Part shown: positions 47,353 through 57,465 of the stretch, one piece after another
How the letters are laid out: each line of letters opens with the position of its first letter
Position numbering within the stretch: position 1 is the first letter of the stretch
Source of the DNA: Candidatus Harrisonbacteria bacterium
GTDB taxonomy: Bacteria; Patescibacteriota; Minisyncoccia; UBA6257; 02-FULL-45-10c
DNA: 64,000 nucleotides
Assembly (NCBI GenBank): GCA_016214655.1
Contig: JACROC010000005.1
Span: 67,078 to 131,077, forward strand
Direction: 5' to 3'
Program-made: the position numbers and the translations under genes
Notes under the pieces: model-generated
What the model was told of the DNA's origin: nothing
The model's database searches: none
What the model saw: only the letters and a program-made list of their open reading frames with translations

Positions 47353-47438
47353 ATAATAGTCCAGAAAATTTAAAATTGCAAGCGGGAAAATAAAAATTCC
47401 CTGTTAATCCTGGGAATTTTTATTAGGTATAGATTGTT

Positions 47439-47765
47439 TTACCAATCTCTCTGCCGGCGCTCACCGCCGCCAAAGCCACCTCGGCCACCGCGGCCTCCTC
47501 CGCCTTCGCGTCGCGGTTCCATCGGACGAGCTTCATTAACAGTCAACGGACGACCATCGTGCTCTTTACCATTGAACATTTCAATAGCTTTCTGAGCTTC
47601 TTCATCCGAAGCCATTTCTACGAAGCCAAATCCCTTGGATCGGCCAGACATTTTGTCCATGATAACGGTAGCTGTCTCAACGGTTCCAGCCTGAGAAAAA
47701 AGATCTCTCAAGTTATCACCGGTAGTGCCCCAGGACAAATTGCCTACATATAATTTCTTTGCCAT
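47439..47765 (-). CDS. RRM-type RNA-binding protein with RGG C-terminus
   Basis: KLYVGNLSW (RNP2), KGFGFVEM (RNP1) and a GGGRGGRGGFGGG tail. Start set at MAKKLYVG. Confidence 0.85.
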   Translation of the reverse strand: MAKKLYVGNLSWGTTGDNLRDLFSQAGTVETATVIMDKMSGRSKGFGFVEMASDEEAQKAIEMFNGKEHDGRPLTVNEARPMEPRREGGGGRGGRGGFGGGERRQRDW

Positions 47766-48003
47766 ATTACACAAACAATGTAACTAATAACAAACTAACG
47801 ACCTTTTCACGCTTCGCTACACTTAATTATAATTATTTTTGTGTAAGAAGGGGCAATATAAACTTGCTTGACAATTATAGCATAAAGGGACTTGTAAAGT
47901 CAATGACGCAAAAACCCCACTGAATTAACCGGCTCTCCTTGTCAAAATTTGATAAATATGGCATAATATAACGAGTTTCATTTCTAACTTCACAGGAGGA
48001 AAC

Positions 48004-49809
48004 GTGAAAAATTTCGTCTGGAAAGTTCTGGAAATCTACAAGCCCTTCAGAAGGATTGCTTTAGTGATGCTTTTATTCCTGACTGTGATGCAATCGCTGT
48101 CCATTATTTCGCCGTTTTTGCTCGGAAAAATCGTAGACAGCGTGGTCTCCAAAAAACCGCTGGAATTCATCTTATCGCTGGCAGGAATTTCTTTGGGAAT
48201 ATTCTTGCTGCGCGACGTCCTGCTCAATTATTACAAAGAAAAATTCGAACTGGACTGGGTTGATTACGATATCCCCCGCTACGTGGCTAATAAGACTCTG
48301 AAAAAAGTTTTCAGCTTGTCCATCGGCCAGCATAACAATCAGCATTCGGGCATCAAGCAAAGCATCATCAACCGCGGGGAACACTCGCTGCAGACGCTCG
48401 CTTTTATGACGCTCTACGAAGTCATGCCGCTGATCCTCAAAATCGGCGTCATGGGAACTTTCATCCTGGTCAGGAATCCGCTGATCGGCGGAGTTCTGAT
48501 TACTGCCGGCTTAATCTTTGGCGGCATCAGCATCTATATCAATTCGCTGCTTCAAGACGAATTGGAAAATCATCAGGAAATCGGACACCGGAATTATAAA
48601 AGACACTCGGAACTGCTCCGGAACGTGGAACTGATTCTGGTCAGCGCTCAGGAAAAAAAGGGGCAAGATGAGTACGATCAAGCGCTCGCCCGCTACTCCG
48701 ATGCCGGCAAACATCTCTGGAAAAGATATATCCGGCTTACAGGGTTAAGGAATGTTGCAATCGGAGTTGCCAAATTCGCAATCGTAGCTGTCGGCGTTAT
48801 GCAGGTTTACCAAAACCAATACACGCCAGGCGATCTGGTGCTTTATCTTTCGCTGTCCAGCGATCTCATGGGAAATCTCTGGAGCATCGGCCCGATTCAC
48901 CGGCAAGTCCTGGATCTTTATACCGCAGTCAATAAGTATTTCACTCTGCTGGATATTGAACCGGAAGTTAAGACAGATGCTAACCCGGTCAAACCGGATA
49001 ATCTCCGCGGCCGGATTGAGTTTAAAGATGTATCCTTCACCTATCCGGTCAGAAAATATATCGTCAGCGACGAAGAGGAAAAATCCGGAGAGGACCCGAA
49101 GCCGCGGGATAAAAACCACGGAGCGCTTTTCAATGTCAGTTTCACTATTGAAGCCGGGCAAAAAATAGCGCTGGTCGGCCATTCCGGTGCCGGCAAATCA
49201 ACTATCGCCTATCTTATATTAAGAGCTCATGATCCGGACCAAGGGCAGATTATCGTGGATGAAAACGATCTCCGCCAACTGGATCTTCACGAATACCGCC
49301 GGCGGATCGGCGTAGTGGAACAGCAAGTCGGATTATTTGACGCCACTTTGCGCTATAATATCTTGTTCGGACTGCAAAACGGCCAGCAAGTCACCGATGA
49401 AGAACTCCGGGAGATCGCCAGGATTTCCTGCATTGACCGTTTCTTCTACCGGCTAGAAAAAGGTTTTGACACGTTTATCGGAGAAAGAGGCGTACGGCTT
49501 TCCGGCGGAGAACGCCAGCGAGTCGGCATTGCCCGCGCATTAATCAAGAAACCGAAAATGCTGATCCTGGATGAAGCGACTTCCAGTCTGGATTCGGAAA
49601 ACGAATCACTGATCCGGGAAGCTATCGGAAAGGCATCGCAGGGAAAAACTACCATCATCATCGCCCACCGCCTTTCCACCATCAGGGACGCCGATAAAAT
49701 TCTGGTTCTGGATAAAGGCAGTCTGGTTGGGCAAGGTAAACATCAAGAACTGCTGGAGTCCTGCGAGACTTACCGGAATCTCATCACTCATCAGATAGTA
49801 AAACCCTAA
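48004..49809 (+). CDS. ABC exporter, fused permease/ATPase (MsbA-like)
   Basis: GTG start with AGGAGG SD. Six TM helices, Walker A GHSGAGKST, signature LSGGERQRVGIARA and Walker B ILILDEATS. -35 TTGTCA / -10 CATAAT promoter upstream. Confidence 0.85.
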   Translation: MKNFVWKVLEIYKPFRRIALVMLLFLTVMQSLSIISPFLLGKIVDSVVSKKPLEFILSLAGISLGIFLLRDVLLNYYKEKFELDWVDYDIPRYVANKTLKKVFSLSIGQHNNQHSGIKQSIINRGEHSLQTLAFMTLYEVMPLILKIGVMGTFILVRNPLIGGVLITAGLIFGGISIYINSLLQDELENHQEIGHRNYKRHSELLRNVELILVSAQEKKGQDEYDQALARYSDAGKHLWKRYIRLTGLRNVAIGVAKFAIVAVGVMQVYQNQYTPGDLVLYLSLSSDLMGNLWSIGPIHRQVLDLYTAVNKYFTLLDIEPEVKTDANPVKPDNLRGRIEFKDVSFTYPVRKYIVSDEEEKSGEDPKPRDKNHGALFNVSFTIEAGQKIALVGHSGAGKSTIAYLILRAHDPDQGQIIVDENDLRQLDLHEYRRRIGVVEQQVGLFDATLRYNILFGLQNGQQVTDEELREIARISCIDRFFYRLEKGFDTFIGERGVRLSGGERQRVGIARALIKKPKMLILDEATSSLDSENESLIREAIGKASQGKTTIIIAHRLSTIRDADKILVLDKGSLVGQGKHQELLESCETYRNLITHQIVKP

Positions 49810-50115
49810 GAATTTATCAAGGAGCCAAACGGCTCCTTTTTTGTCATAACAAAAACTCCCCGGTGGCCACCGGGGAGTTTTTCTCACACTAACGAGACTT
49901 TCTTTTTTTTACAGCTTTTCTCTTTGCCATTTTGTTATCTTCAGCTTTTAGCGTTTAGCTGTTAGCTTTTAGATTTTTATTTTGGTTTATAAATTTGACT
50001 GCTGCCGGAAATTTTTTGCGCGGAAAATTTTCGGCGAGCTGAACGATTTATTTTTCGTCCATTAAATATAACGAGAATTGAAAATTTTGTTACAAAAAAC
50101 TGTGCAAAGCGCAGT

Positions 50116-50451
50116 TTATAAACCTAAAAAATCCAGCAGAGCCATGAACCAGTTCTTCCTCTCTGCCGCCTCCTCCTCCTCTTTCTTTAGAACTTCAAGA
50201 AGCACTGTGTTATTTGGCATACGGTCTTCTGCCGGAAGATATCCGCTACGGAAACGCATTTTTCGCAATTGCGGCATCATATAATAAGCTGTAATACATT
50301 GACCACTGCCACTTGAGTAGCAAAAAAGAATATCACCTTTTAAATCCACGGCTATAATCTCGCCAGATCGAAAAGGCCGCTTACAGCTTTCACAGAAATT
50401 CCGCTCACCGCGATACACCGGCAATCTAAGATACTGCTTTTCGCTAATCAT
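50116..50451 (-). CDS. hypothetical Cys-containing protein
   Basis: CESCK...CYSSGSGQC. 111 aa. Tightly coupled to the upstream gene. Confidence 0.4.
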   Translation of the reverse strand: MISEKQYLRLPVYRGERNFCESCKRPFRSGEIIAVDLKGDILFCYSSGSGQCITAYYMMPQLRKMRFRSGYLPAEDRMPNNTVLLEVLKKEEEEAAERKNWFMALLDFLGL

Positions 50452-50453
50452 AG

Positions 50454-50903
50454 TTAATCTCCACCCGATGACAAGTATCTTATTTTAATCCCCAGCCTCA
50501 ATGCCTGTTCATGCTCCCACTTTGCGCCATAAGAACTCTGCCAATCCGACATGAAGTACAAGATTTTTACCAGACCAGACTCAAAGATAGGCAAATAAAA
50601 TTTGTGAAGCAACTGATCCCCGCCTTGATAATACGGCGTGGCCTTAATCCGGAACATCGGCTGTTCAAACAGCATTTGATTGAAAATACTTTCTCCCCTA
50701 TCCCGGAGCAAATCAATCGTCTTTTGAAACCGCTCCAAATTCTTTTCAACCGAACCAAGCCCCCCGGAAGTAATCGGCCCACAAACTTGCGCGACTGGTT
50801 GAGGCATTCGCCTAATAATCCGCAAAGCCAAATCCGCTAGTTCCTCAAAAGTATTCACAGCCTGAACATCGGCAATATCCTGATTGAGCCAGTATGGCTC
50901 CAC
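50454..50903 (-). CDS. hypothetical protein (DUF4406 / nucleoside 2-deoxyribosyltransferase-like, tentative)
   Basis: VCGPITSGG and YFMSDWQSSYGAKWEHEQAL resemble the DUF4406 family. Low confidence. Confidence 0.4.
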   Translation of the reverse strand: MEPYWLNQDIADVQAVNTFEELADLALRIIRRMPQPVAQVCGPITSGGLGSVEKNLERFQKTIDLLRDRGESIFNQMLFEQPMFRIKATPYYQGGDQLLHKFYLPIFESGLVKILYFMSDWQSSYGAKWEHEQALRLGIKIRYLSSGGD

Positions 50904-50959
50904 CTGACCCCCGCATTATTCTCTACTCAAGAAACTGAAAGGAGCTTAACATGAGTATT

Positions 50960-51526
50960 TTAAAATTTAAAGGGCGACCACGCACCCCGCCGGAGCAATA
51001 TAGGACGGCCGTTTTTAATTTCAATTAAAGTTGAAGGCGGAGACTCTAATTTTCCCGCATCAACATAAAAATCCGCTTTATTGCCGAAATATTTTTTAGC
51101 CTCTATAATAGTTTTTGCCGAGGGATAACCCTCCCAATTAGCGCTTGGCGCCACCAGCGAACCAGTTTTCTTTAAAAGTCGGATTAAATCTTTTTTCTTC
51201 GGCAAACGGAAAGCTAAAGTTTTAGTACCGCGATGCAGGTATTTAAATTTTTTATCTGCACATGGCAAAATAACGCTCACTTTTCCCGGCCATAACTTTT
51301 CAAGCAGTTTCTTTGTTTCTCTGTTTAATCTAATGTTAAAAAGTTTTAGGTCTCTTAAAGAGCTAATCAAAATAATCAGCGGCTTTTGGGGATTCCTTTT
51401 CCGCAATTTATAAATTCTGACCACGGCTTTTTTGGACATTGCCAAACCGACTACTCCATAAATAGTATCAGTCGGCAGAACTCCAACTCCTCCACTTGAT
51501 AAAATTTTTCCGATATCCTGTTTCAT
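50960..51526 (-). CDS. tsaC: L-threonylcarbamoyladenylate synthase (YrdC/TsaC family)
   Basis: GVLPTDTIYGVVG and the YrdC fold signature. 188 aa. Confidence 0.75.
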   Translation of the reverse strand: MKQDIGKILSSGGVGVLPTDTIYGVVGLAMSKKAVVRIYKLRKRNPQKPLIILISSLRDLKLFNIRLNRETKKLLEKLWPGKVSVILPCADKKFKYLHRGTKTLAFRLPKKKDLIRLLKKTGSLVAPSANWEGYPSAKTIIEAKKYFGNKADFYVDAGKLESPPSTLIEIKNGRPILLRRGAWSPFKF

Positions 51527-51573
51527 TAAATTAATTTTAATATAAAAACAAAAAATCCTGAAAAATTCAGGAT

Positions 51574-51993
51574 TTAATTTGGGTTATTTTTAATTTCCGG
51601 ATCTATAGAAAACATGATGCGATTGCCTTTGGATTTTTCTAATTCCTGCCTTTCCTCTTCAGTAGCAAAAAGATAAAATTGCGTATTTTCTCCTTCCGGA
51701 AATACTCCTTTTCCGTTTTGATCAACTGGTTTGACAGTAAATTTTACGTATCCTTTTTCTACCATTTCCATTTCAATGCGCATGCAATGAAATGGAATTT
51801 GTTTTGCAACGCATTTCCTGTTCAGTTTATCCATATTTGCCGCGAAAAGCCCCAGTAACGTCAATAATTGGCTCGCATTAATTTCCTGATTGCGTTTTTG
51901 CGCGACTTCCGCAATATCTTGAATAAAGGTATTAACAAAATCATTTGTAACCACAGAAAGCTCGTATCCCCTGAAAACATCTATAAACTTCAT
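51574..51993 (-). CDS. hypothetical protein
   Basis: 139 aa, no motif recognised. Confidence 0.4.
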   Translation of the reverse strand: MKFIDVFRGYELSVVTNDFVNTFIQDIAEVAQKRNQEINASQLLTLLGLFAANMDKLNRKCVAKQIPFHCMRIEMEMVEKGYVKFTVKPVDQNGKGVFPEGENTQFYLFATEEERQELEKSKGNRIMFSIDPEIKNNPN

Positions 51994-52072
51994 CTATTCT
52001 CCTTTTTAAATGTCCTATTGTCACTATATACAATTTCGTTCCAAAACAAAATACCGGCGCTTGACCGGTATT

Positions 52073-52405
52073 TTATCTGTTATCTCCGTCCCCCTGAAGC
52101 TTGCCGCGTGCCTGACGGGATCTTAACTTCTCAATATTAGCCTCCGCCACTTCATTTAAACTTAATCCAAGTTCCGCCGAAAGCTGAGAAACATACCAAA
52201 GCGCATCGCCAATTTCTTTAGCCATTTCTTTCTTAGTTTCTGCATTAATTACTCCTTTTTTGTCCCTGATAACTTTCTTCATTTTATCCGTCACCTCACC
52301 TGCCTCGCTCGCTAATCCCAAAGTCGTATAAATTAAATTCAAACCATCTTCAGTGGGATAAATCGCAGTGCTCTTAGTAAATTCTTGATATTCTTCAAAT
52401 GTCAT
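52073..52405 (-). CDS. MazG-like nucleotide pyrophosphohydrolase
   Basis: EAGEV...EIGDALWYVSQLS is the MazG EExxE/D motif context. Confidence 0.65.
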   Translation of the reverse strand: MTFEEYQEFTKSTAIYPTEDGLNLIYTTLGLASEAGEVTDKMKKVIRDKKGVINAETKKEMAKEIGDALWYVSQLSAELGLSLNEVAEANIEKLRSRQARGKLQGDGDNR

Positions 52406-52479
52406 AAATTAACTTTAACATAAAAATTTCCGAAAAAGAAAAGCTCCTTTTAACTTGCGCCAAAAGGAGCTTCAAAATT

Positions 52480-53259
52480 TTATCCGGGCTTCACGCCAAA
52501 CCGATACTTATCTAAAAATGATTTACCCGACTCCTCTAAATTACAAACGTAATTCAATAAACCGCCAAAAATCATTGAGCCCGTCATGCCAATTATCCAA
52601 CAAAAAGGAAAAAGTAACACAAGCAAACAGAACCTCCAATCTTCAAAAAATAAACCTAGGCCAATCGAAAAAATGATTTGAAAAACGACCCCATAGAAGG
52701 ATTTACGCCAGTCAGCCGATGATTGAATCTTCTTGCTCTTTTCTACTAATTCCTTAATTTTTTCAAAAGGCATCAAACTCTCGGCCCAGCGTGCGATAAG
52801 ATACGGAGTATTCTTGAAATATCCGATAAGAATCGGGTCCTGCATTTCCGGAGATTCCGGCGTCCGTATCTCATAAACTTCAAATAAGCCGAGATTCTTC
52901 GCTAATTTCCATTCAGCTAAAACTTCTTCCGGAATCTGATCAAATCTATAATCTTTAAAATCACTTTCGCTATACAACCTCGGCAACCAAGTTCCCCAAA
53001 TTTTCATATTCTCCGTTGAAATTTCCGGATAAAAAGCACCTCGCCGTATTATACTGCCCCTCAAACATTCCAACTTTAATGATAGAATTTGTTCCTCTAC
53101 CAGCTTAACCTGAGCCAGCAACCCAAGCTCTAAATATTGATTTTTAAGGGCCTCAAGCTTGATTATCGCATCTCCATGACTGCTTTCTGCTTTCGTTCTT
53201 TCAGTCTCCATCACTTCCCGCGATGGAAGTTCTGCCACACGATACGTCTCTATTTTCAC
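52480..53259 (-). CDS. hypothetical protein with C-terminal TM helices
   Basis: GTG start preceded by AAAGGAGG. -35 TTGACA / -10 TTAATAT promoter upstream. 259 aa. Confidence 0.45.
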   Translation of the reverse strand: MKIETYRVAELPSREVMETERTKAESSHGDAIIKLEALKNQYLELGLLAQVKLVEEQILSLKLECLRGSIIRRGAFYPEISTENMKIWGTWLPRLYSESDFKDYRFDQIPEEVLAEWKLAKNLGLFEVYEIRTPESPEMQDPILIGYFKNTPYLIARWAESLMPFEKIKELVEKSKKIQSSADWRKSFYGVVFQIIFSIGLGLFFEDWRFCLLVLLFPFCWIIGMTGSMIFGGLLNYVCNLEESGKSFLDKYRFGVKPG

Positions 53260-53386
53260 AAATGCCTCCTTTCTACGGTCCTATTTGTACTGCTAAGCTA
53301 TCAAGTAAATGCTTCTGATATATTAACACAAAAAATTAGCTTGTGTCAATCGATACGCAATGAACCTTTTTATATCTTATTAAATT

Positions 53387-53488
53387 AAAAGACTGTGCTG
53401 TTTTCGGATATTCGGGCTGGCGGTGGGATCAATTTACCCTGAAAGGGTTTAAATATATAGGCGATATCCAAAAATAGCACAGTCTTTT
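53387..53488. other. structured element between the cyclase gene and the next promoter
   Basis: Perfect 13-bp closing stem AAAAGACTGTGCT/AGCACAGTCTTTT encloses GGATAT/ATATCC and a CCCTGAAAGGG GNRA hairpin. A U-run follows on both strands. Confidence 0.4.
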
Positions 53489-53494
53489 AGCCGA

Positions 53495-55240
53495 TTATTG
53501 TGATTCGATAGTATAAATATTCAGCGGTTCTTTGCGGCCTTTTACAGCTACTGACCCTAAGAATTTAAAGTTATACTTGCCTTTAATTTTATTTTTAGTG
53601 GTCTCGCCGATGATAATTTGGGTTTTATATTCCTTATTCAATCCTTCCAGGCGCGACGCCACATTAACCGTGTCCCCCATCACCGTATAATCAAACCGCA
53701 GATCCGAACCGACATTTCCGACAATCGCCGGACCAGTATAAAGACCGATGCCGATATTAATTTCCGGATCGCCGATGGCTTTCAGTTCTTTATTTAATTC
53801 CTTCAGCTTATCCAGCATTTTCAGCGAAGCCACCAAGGCATTTTCCGCCTGATCCGGATCATCAATCGGCGCGCCCCAAAAAGCCATAATCGCATCGCCA
53901 ATATACTTATCTAATACCCCACCATTATCTAAAACTTCTTTAGTCATGGCGGTAAAATATTTATTTAAAATCCTAACCAATTCTTTTGGCGTAGTTTTTT
54001 CCGAAATAGTCGTAAAACCGCGGATATCAGAGAAAAATACCGTCACCTCTTTTTCTTCGCCGCCAAGCTTAACTTTAGCGGGGTCGCTCAAAATTTCATT
54101 TAAAACATCTTTGGAAACATATTTAGAAAAAAGGTTCTTAATCTCCCGCTTTTCTTTCTCCACGACAAAATACCTGTATCCGAAAACCCACAGAGTGGAA
54201 AGCACCCAGGAAAAATTAACATGCAGCAAATTAACCGCTATGCCTTTATCAAAAAGCAAAATTATCAGAATTAAATAAATAAATCCGAATATGACGTTTA
54301 CCGCGACTGCCGCCAAAGAACTCCGCGCAACCATCATAAAAACCAAAGCCGGCAACAAAGCGGAAAAGAAAATCCAGATAAACGATGACGCCGCGTCCAA
54401 AGAACTTAATCGATACCCACTAAGCAGCATATTAATAATACTTGCCTGTATCCCGACTCCAGACATCGCCCTGCCCCTTGAAAATGAAGTCAGCTGTTCA
54501 TCGTGAAGATCAGCCGCAGTCGCTCCAATAAGTACAATTTTTCCCTTCAATTTAGATAAGAAGTCTTCATCTTCCAATATGCGCCAAAAACTCATATATC
54601 CTATCTGTGCCGGCGGCAAAGCATAAACGATTTTATTTATACCCGACAAAGAGGATTCATCAAGAACTTCCTTGCCGGATTTTTTAACTAACTCATAGGC
54701 AAAAGCTTTCACGCCATCAACGGCCAGCGGAAACCGCCGGACAACATTATCTCTGTCTGAAATTAAATTCACGCTTCCTAAACTGACATTTTTAGAATTT
54801 TCAAAAATCGGCAGAGGTTTTGATAAGTTTCCGGCTCTGGCTTGGCCATTTTCCAAAATCAACGGCTGGGCTTCTGCCGGCATTACCACGGGATAAGAAA
54901 TTTCATTTAAGGCATCGGCCAGGGCCCGGTCATCCTGAATTCCCAAACGAGATGGTTCGGAAAAGATTACGTCCAGCCCAACTGCAGCCGGCGGATTCTG
55001 ATTAAACTTTAAAAGCGCGTCGGCAAAAACCTTTCTCGGCCACGGCCACTGTCCGATATTCCGGATGGATTCATCTTCAATCCCCAAAATTACAATCTCG
55101 TTATGGTTAAAATATTTTTCTGAAAATAAAAGGTCTTCAAAAAAGTTTTCCAGGCCGACGAAAAACCCGGCGGAAAAAGAAGCGGAAACTATAATTCCCG
55201 CCGCCAAAGCAATAAATAAGTAAGGTAGTTTTCTAGCCAT
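53495..55240 (-). CDS. class III adenylate/guanylate cyclase with CHASE2 sensor domain
   Basis: N-terminal CHASE2 region between TM helices. C-terminal FSDIRGFTTISE...YIGDAIMAFWGAP cyclase motifs. Confidence 0.8.
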   Translation of the reverse strand: MARKLPYLFIALAAGIIVSASFSAGFFVGLENFFEDLLFSEKYFNHNEIVILGIEDESIRNIGQWPWPRKVFADALLKFNQNPPAAVGLDVIFSEPSRLGIQDDRALADALNEISYPVVMPAEAQPLILENGQARAGNLSKPLPIFENSKNVSLGSVNLISDRDNVVRRFPLAVDGVKAFAYELVKKSGKEVLDESSLSGINKIVYALPPAQIGYMSFWRILEDEDFLSKLKGKIVLIGATAADLHDEQLTSFSRGRAMSGVGIQASIINMLLSGYRLSSLDAASSFIWIFFSALLPALVFMMVARSSLAAVAVNVIFGFIYLILIILLFDKGIAVNLLHVNFSWVLSTLWVFGYRYFVVEKEKREIKNLFSKYVSKDVLNEILSDPAKVKLGGEEKEVTVFFSDIRGFTTISEKTTPKELVRILNKYFTAMTKEVLDNGGVLDKYIGDAIMAFWGAPIDDPDQAENALVASLKMLDKLKELNKELKAIGDPEINIGIGLYTGPAIVGNVGSDLRFDYTVMGDTVNVASRLEGLNKEYKTQIIIGETTKNKIKGKYNFKFLGSVAVKGRKEPLNIYTIESQ

Positions 55241-55255
55241 GTTTAAATTACGGCT

Positions 55256-56704
55256 CTATCCCCGGGTAGAATCAAAGTTCAGATCAACTTTCAATTCCAC
55301 TTTAAATAAAGGGCTTTTACCGAGAAAAGCTTCGCCGGTTTTTTCATTTTTCCAGGTCACCGCTACTAATCCCTGGGCTTCGCCCAGTTCGGAAACTTCC
55401 GGGCTGAGGCCGGCGGAAAACATTCCGGGTTTTGCCATTCTTCCGATCGGCCCGATAACCTGCCAGGAAACCGCGTCAGTAACATCGCGGGACGAGCCGT
55501 CGCTCATTCTTAAAAGAGCCTGAAAGAAAATGTCGTCTCCTTCAAAAACCTGGCTTAAATTATTTTTAGCCACTACTTCCAATCCTTTCGGGATAATCTG
55601 AACAGCCAGTTTTATTGCCGGTAAAATTTCTTCGGTAGCATCTTTTACCTCTACAGATCTGGTAACCGTCTGCACTTCTTCCTTTAAAGATTCTAACCGC
55701 GTTTTCGCTTCTTCAGTCTTTAATTCCAAATTTTCGCGCTGATCTTTCACTTCATCCTTAATCGCTTCTTTAATCTGTTCCCGCTTTTCCTGAAATTCTT
55801 TCCGCCTGTCTTCAATGGCATCTTTAAACTCTTCCTGAAGTTCTTTTCTCATTTCTTTCATTGCCTCTTTTTCATCCTTCATCCTTTCTTTCAGCTCCCG
55901 AATCTTCTGATTTAATTTATCGTCTTCTTGAATTGCCCGCTTAACCCAGTCCTTTTTTAAAACTTCCTCCGAAACCTCTTTGACTTCCATTAAAGCTTTC
56001 CCGGCCTCCGTTGCAACGGCAGAAGCGTTGGATTTTATCTGGCCCAATGCCAAATGCGTTTTCATGTCCTGAATTGCTTCTTTTTTGACTTCTAAAAACT
56101 TTTTCGCGTCTACAACCATGCTGACTTCTTGCATGACCTCTTTAGTATCCGGATCAACCATTTTAACCTCCACTTTATTTTCGTGGCCGACAAAGCTGGC
56201 TTTTCCTTCTTCAATGTATTCCACTCCGAATGCGGTACCTCGGACCGTAGCTACGGCAGTGCTGGTTTTAACTTCCCAAGCCGATTCCGGCGTAGCCAAA
56301 GTAATAATTTTTGACCAAACCCGTCCCCATAAAAGATTAATCCTGACCACCAGCGAATCTTTTTGCGCATCATACGATCCCCTTTCTAAAATAATCCGCG
56401 TGTCCGAATCCAGTCTGGCAACCGAACCGTCCGAAAAATGAATATTAGCCAAGCCGCCTTTCTGCACTTTTATAACTGTGCCTTCCAGCAGCTCATCGCC
56501 AGTTTTTAATTCCCTGATTTCGGTTTTCTGATCCGGCGCCAGCTCCACAACTCTCGGCGAAACAACTTCCAGCCACGGCCGCAAAATTTCCAAAACGGCT
56601 TCTTGTTCCGGCGCCATAAATCCAGGAAACTGCTTAACAATCAAAAAACCGCCCCCTACCAGCACGGCTACGCCTAGCAAAGCTAAAACCACGCTTAATT
56701 TCAT
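55256..56704 (-). CDS. FecR-domain protein with coiled-coil region
   Basis: VRGTAFGV FecR signature. Signal/TM N-terminus. Long K/E-rich coiled coil. Immediately upstream of the cyclase. Confidence 0.65.
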   Translation of the reverse strand: MKLSVVLALLGVAVLVGGGFLIVKQFPGFMAPEQEAVLEILRPWLEVVSPRVVELAPDQKTEIRELKTGDELLEGTVIKVQKGGLANIHFSDGSVARLDSDTRIILERGSYDAQKDSLVVRINLLWGRVWSKIITLATPESAWEVKTSTAVATVRGTAFGVEYIEEGKASFVGHENKVEVKMVDPDTKEVMQEVSMVVDAKKFLEVKKEAIQDMKTHLALGQIKSNASAVATEAGKALMEVKEVSEEVLKKDWVKRAIQEDDKLNQKIRELKERMKDEKEAMKEMRKELQEEFKDAIEDRRKEFQEKREQIKEAIKDEVKDQRENLELKTEEAKTRLESLKEEVQTVTRSVEVKDATEEILPAIKLAVQIIPKGLEVVAKNNLSQVFEGDDIFFQALLRMSDGSSRDVTDAVSWQVIGPIGRMAKPGMFSAGLSPEVSELGEAQGLVAVTWKNEKTGEAFLGKSPLFKVELKVDLNFDSTRG

Positions 56705-56779
56705 AACTTCTCTATATTAATTAAAAAAATAGGTTTTTACAAGAAAATATTGAATATATATACAAACCACCTTTTGATA

Positions 56780-56808
56780 TTGACAAAATTATTTAAATAT
56801 CTTAGTAT
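56780..56808 (+). promoter_or_regulatory. sigma70-type promoter of the sixA-like operon
   Basis: TTGACA (56780-56785), 17-nt spacer, TAGTAT (56803-56808). Confidence 0.55.
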
Positions 56809-57022
56809 ATAAACATATGTTATTATCAAATAACTGCCAATGGAATAAGCACATCGGATCTGACCGCAAAACCTATGCGGCAGAGTTCGGTTTGTTTAAC
56901 CAAGGCGGTTTTTATACTCAATAACTTCAGCATCTAACTGAATGTAAAGAACGCCTCGGCTAGACAGACCGGGGCGTTTTTCGGTCTGTCTAGAAGAAGT
57001 ACCTTGAAAAAGGAGGAGGGGA
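56809..57022 (+). promoter_or_regulatory. long structured 5' leader with terminator-like and alternative hairpins
   Basis: Terminator ACGCCTCGG-loop-CCGGGGCGT plus TTTTT (56951-56981) overlaps the perfect 12-bp inverted repeat CTAGACAGACCG/CGGTCTGTCTAG (56960-56993). Upstream hairpins CCGCaaaacctatGCGG. Strong SD AAAGGAGGAGGGG before the ATG. Confidence 0.45.
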
Positions 57023-57445
57023 ATGAAAGTGCTGTGTATCAGACATGGTGAAGCTTGTGATAGCTTATCTGAAAAAGGCAAAATTCAAATTAAGCAAGCG
57101 GCGGATATCCTAAAGAAACATAACATCGCTAATAATGCTATGGTTTTCACTTCCCCGCTGAAGAGGGCGGTAGAATCAGCAAAAATCATTACTGATAACT
57201 GTGGCTTTAAAAAGGCCGAAGTCGTTCAGTGGTTGAATTTTGAGGAATCGTCCCCCGATTACGCCTTAAATCAAATTAAGAATTTAATGCGTATCCATGA
57301 AAAGAAATTTTCAACGATGATCGTGATAAGCCACGCTCCTCTATTGGAAGGACTGATAGAAATTTTTGGCAATCGTTCCAGAATCGGAAACGGCGAAATT
57401 TTTGAAATTGACATCAAAACCCGGACTTGTAGGCGGCTGGTCTAA
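57023..57445 (+). CDS. histidine phosphatase family protein (SixA-like)
   Basis: LCIRHGEA is the RHG catalytic motif. A late HAPLL motif is also present. 140 aa. Confidence 0.6.
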   Translation: MKVLCIRHGEACDSLSEKGKIQIKQAADILKKHNIANNAMVFTSPLKRAVESAKIITDNCGFKKAEVVQWLNFEESSPDYALNQIKNLMRIHEKKFSTMIVISHAPLLEGLIEIFGNRSRIGNGEIFEIDIKTRTCRRLV

Positions 57446-57465
57446 ATAAAAGGGGAACTAAAGTA

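Noticed and set aside
49925-49970. Four tandem copies of AGC(T/G)TTTAG downstream of the ABC exporter
   Set aside because: A short imperfect tandem repeat in a terminator-rich intergenic region. No evidence of function beyond simple-sequence slippage.
50940-51017. 25-aa plus-strand ORF with an AAAGGAG SD overlapping the tsaC 3' end
   Set aside because: Very short, convergent overlap with a well-supported gene and no terminator. Probably a chance SD.
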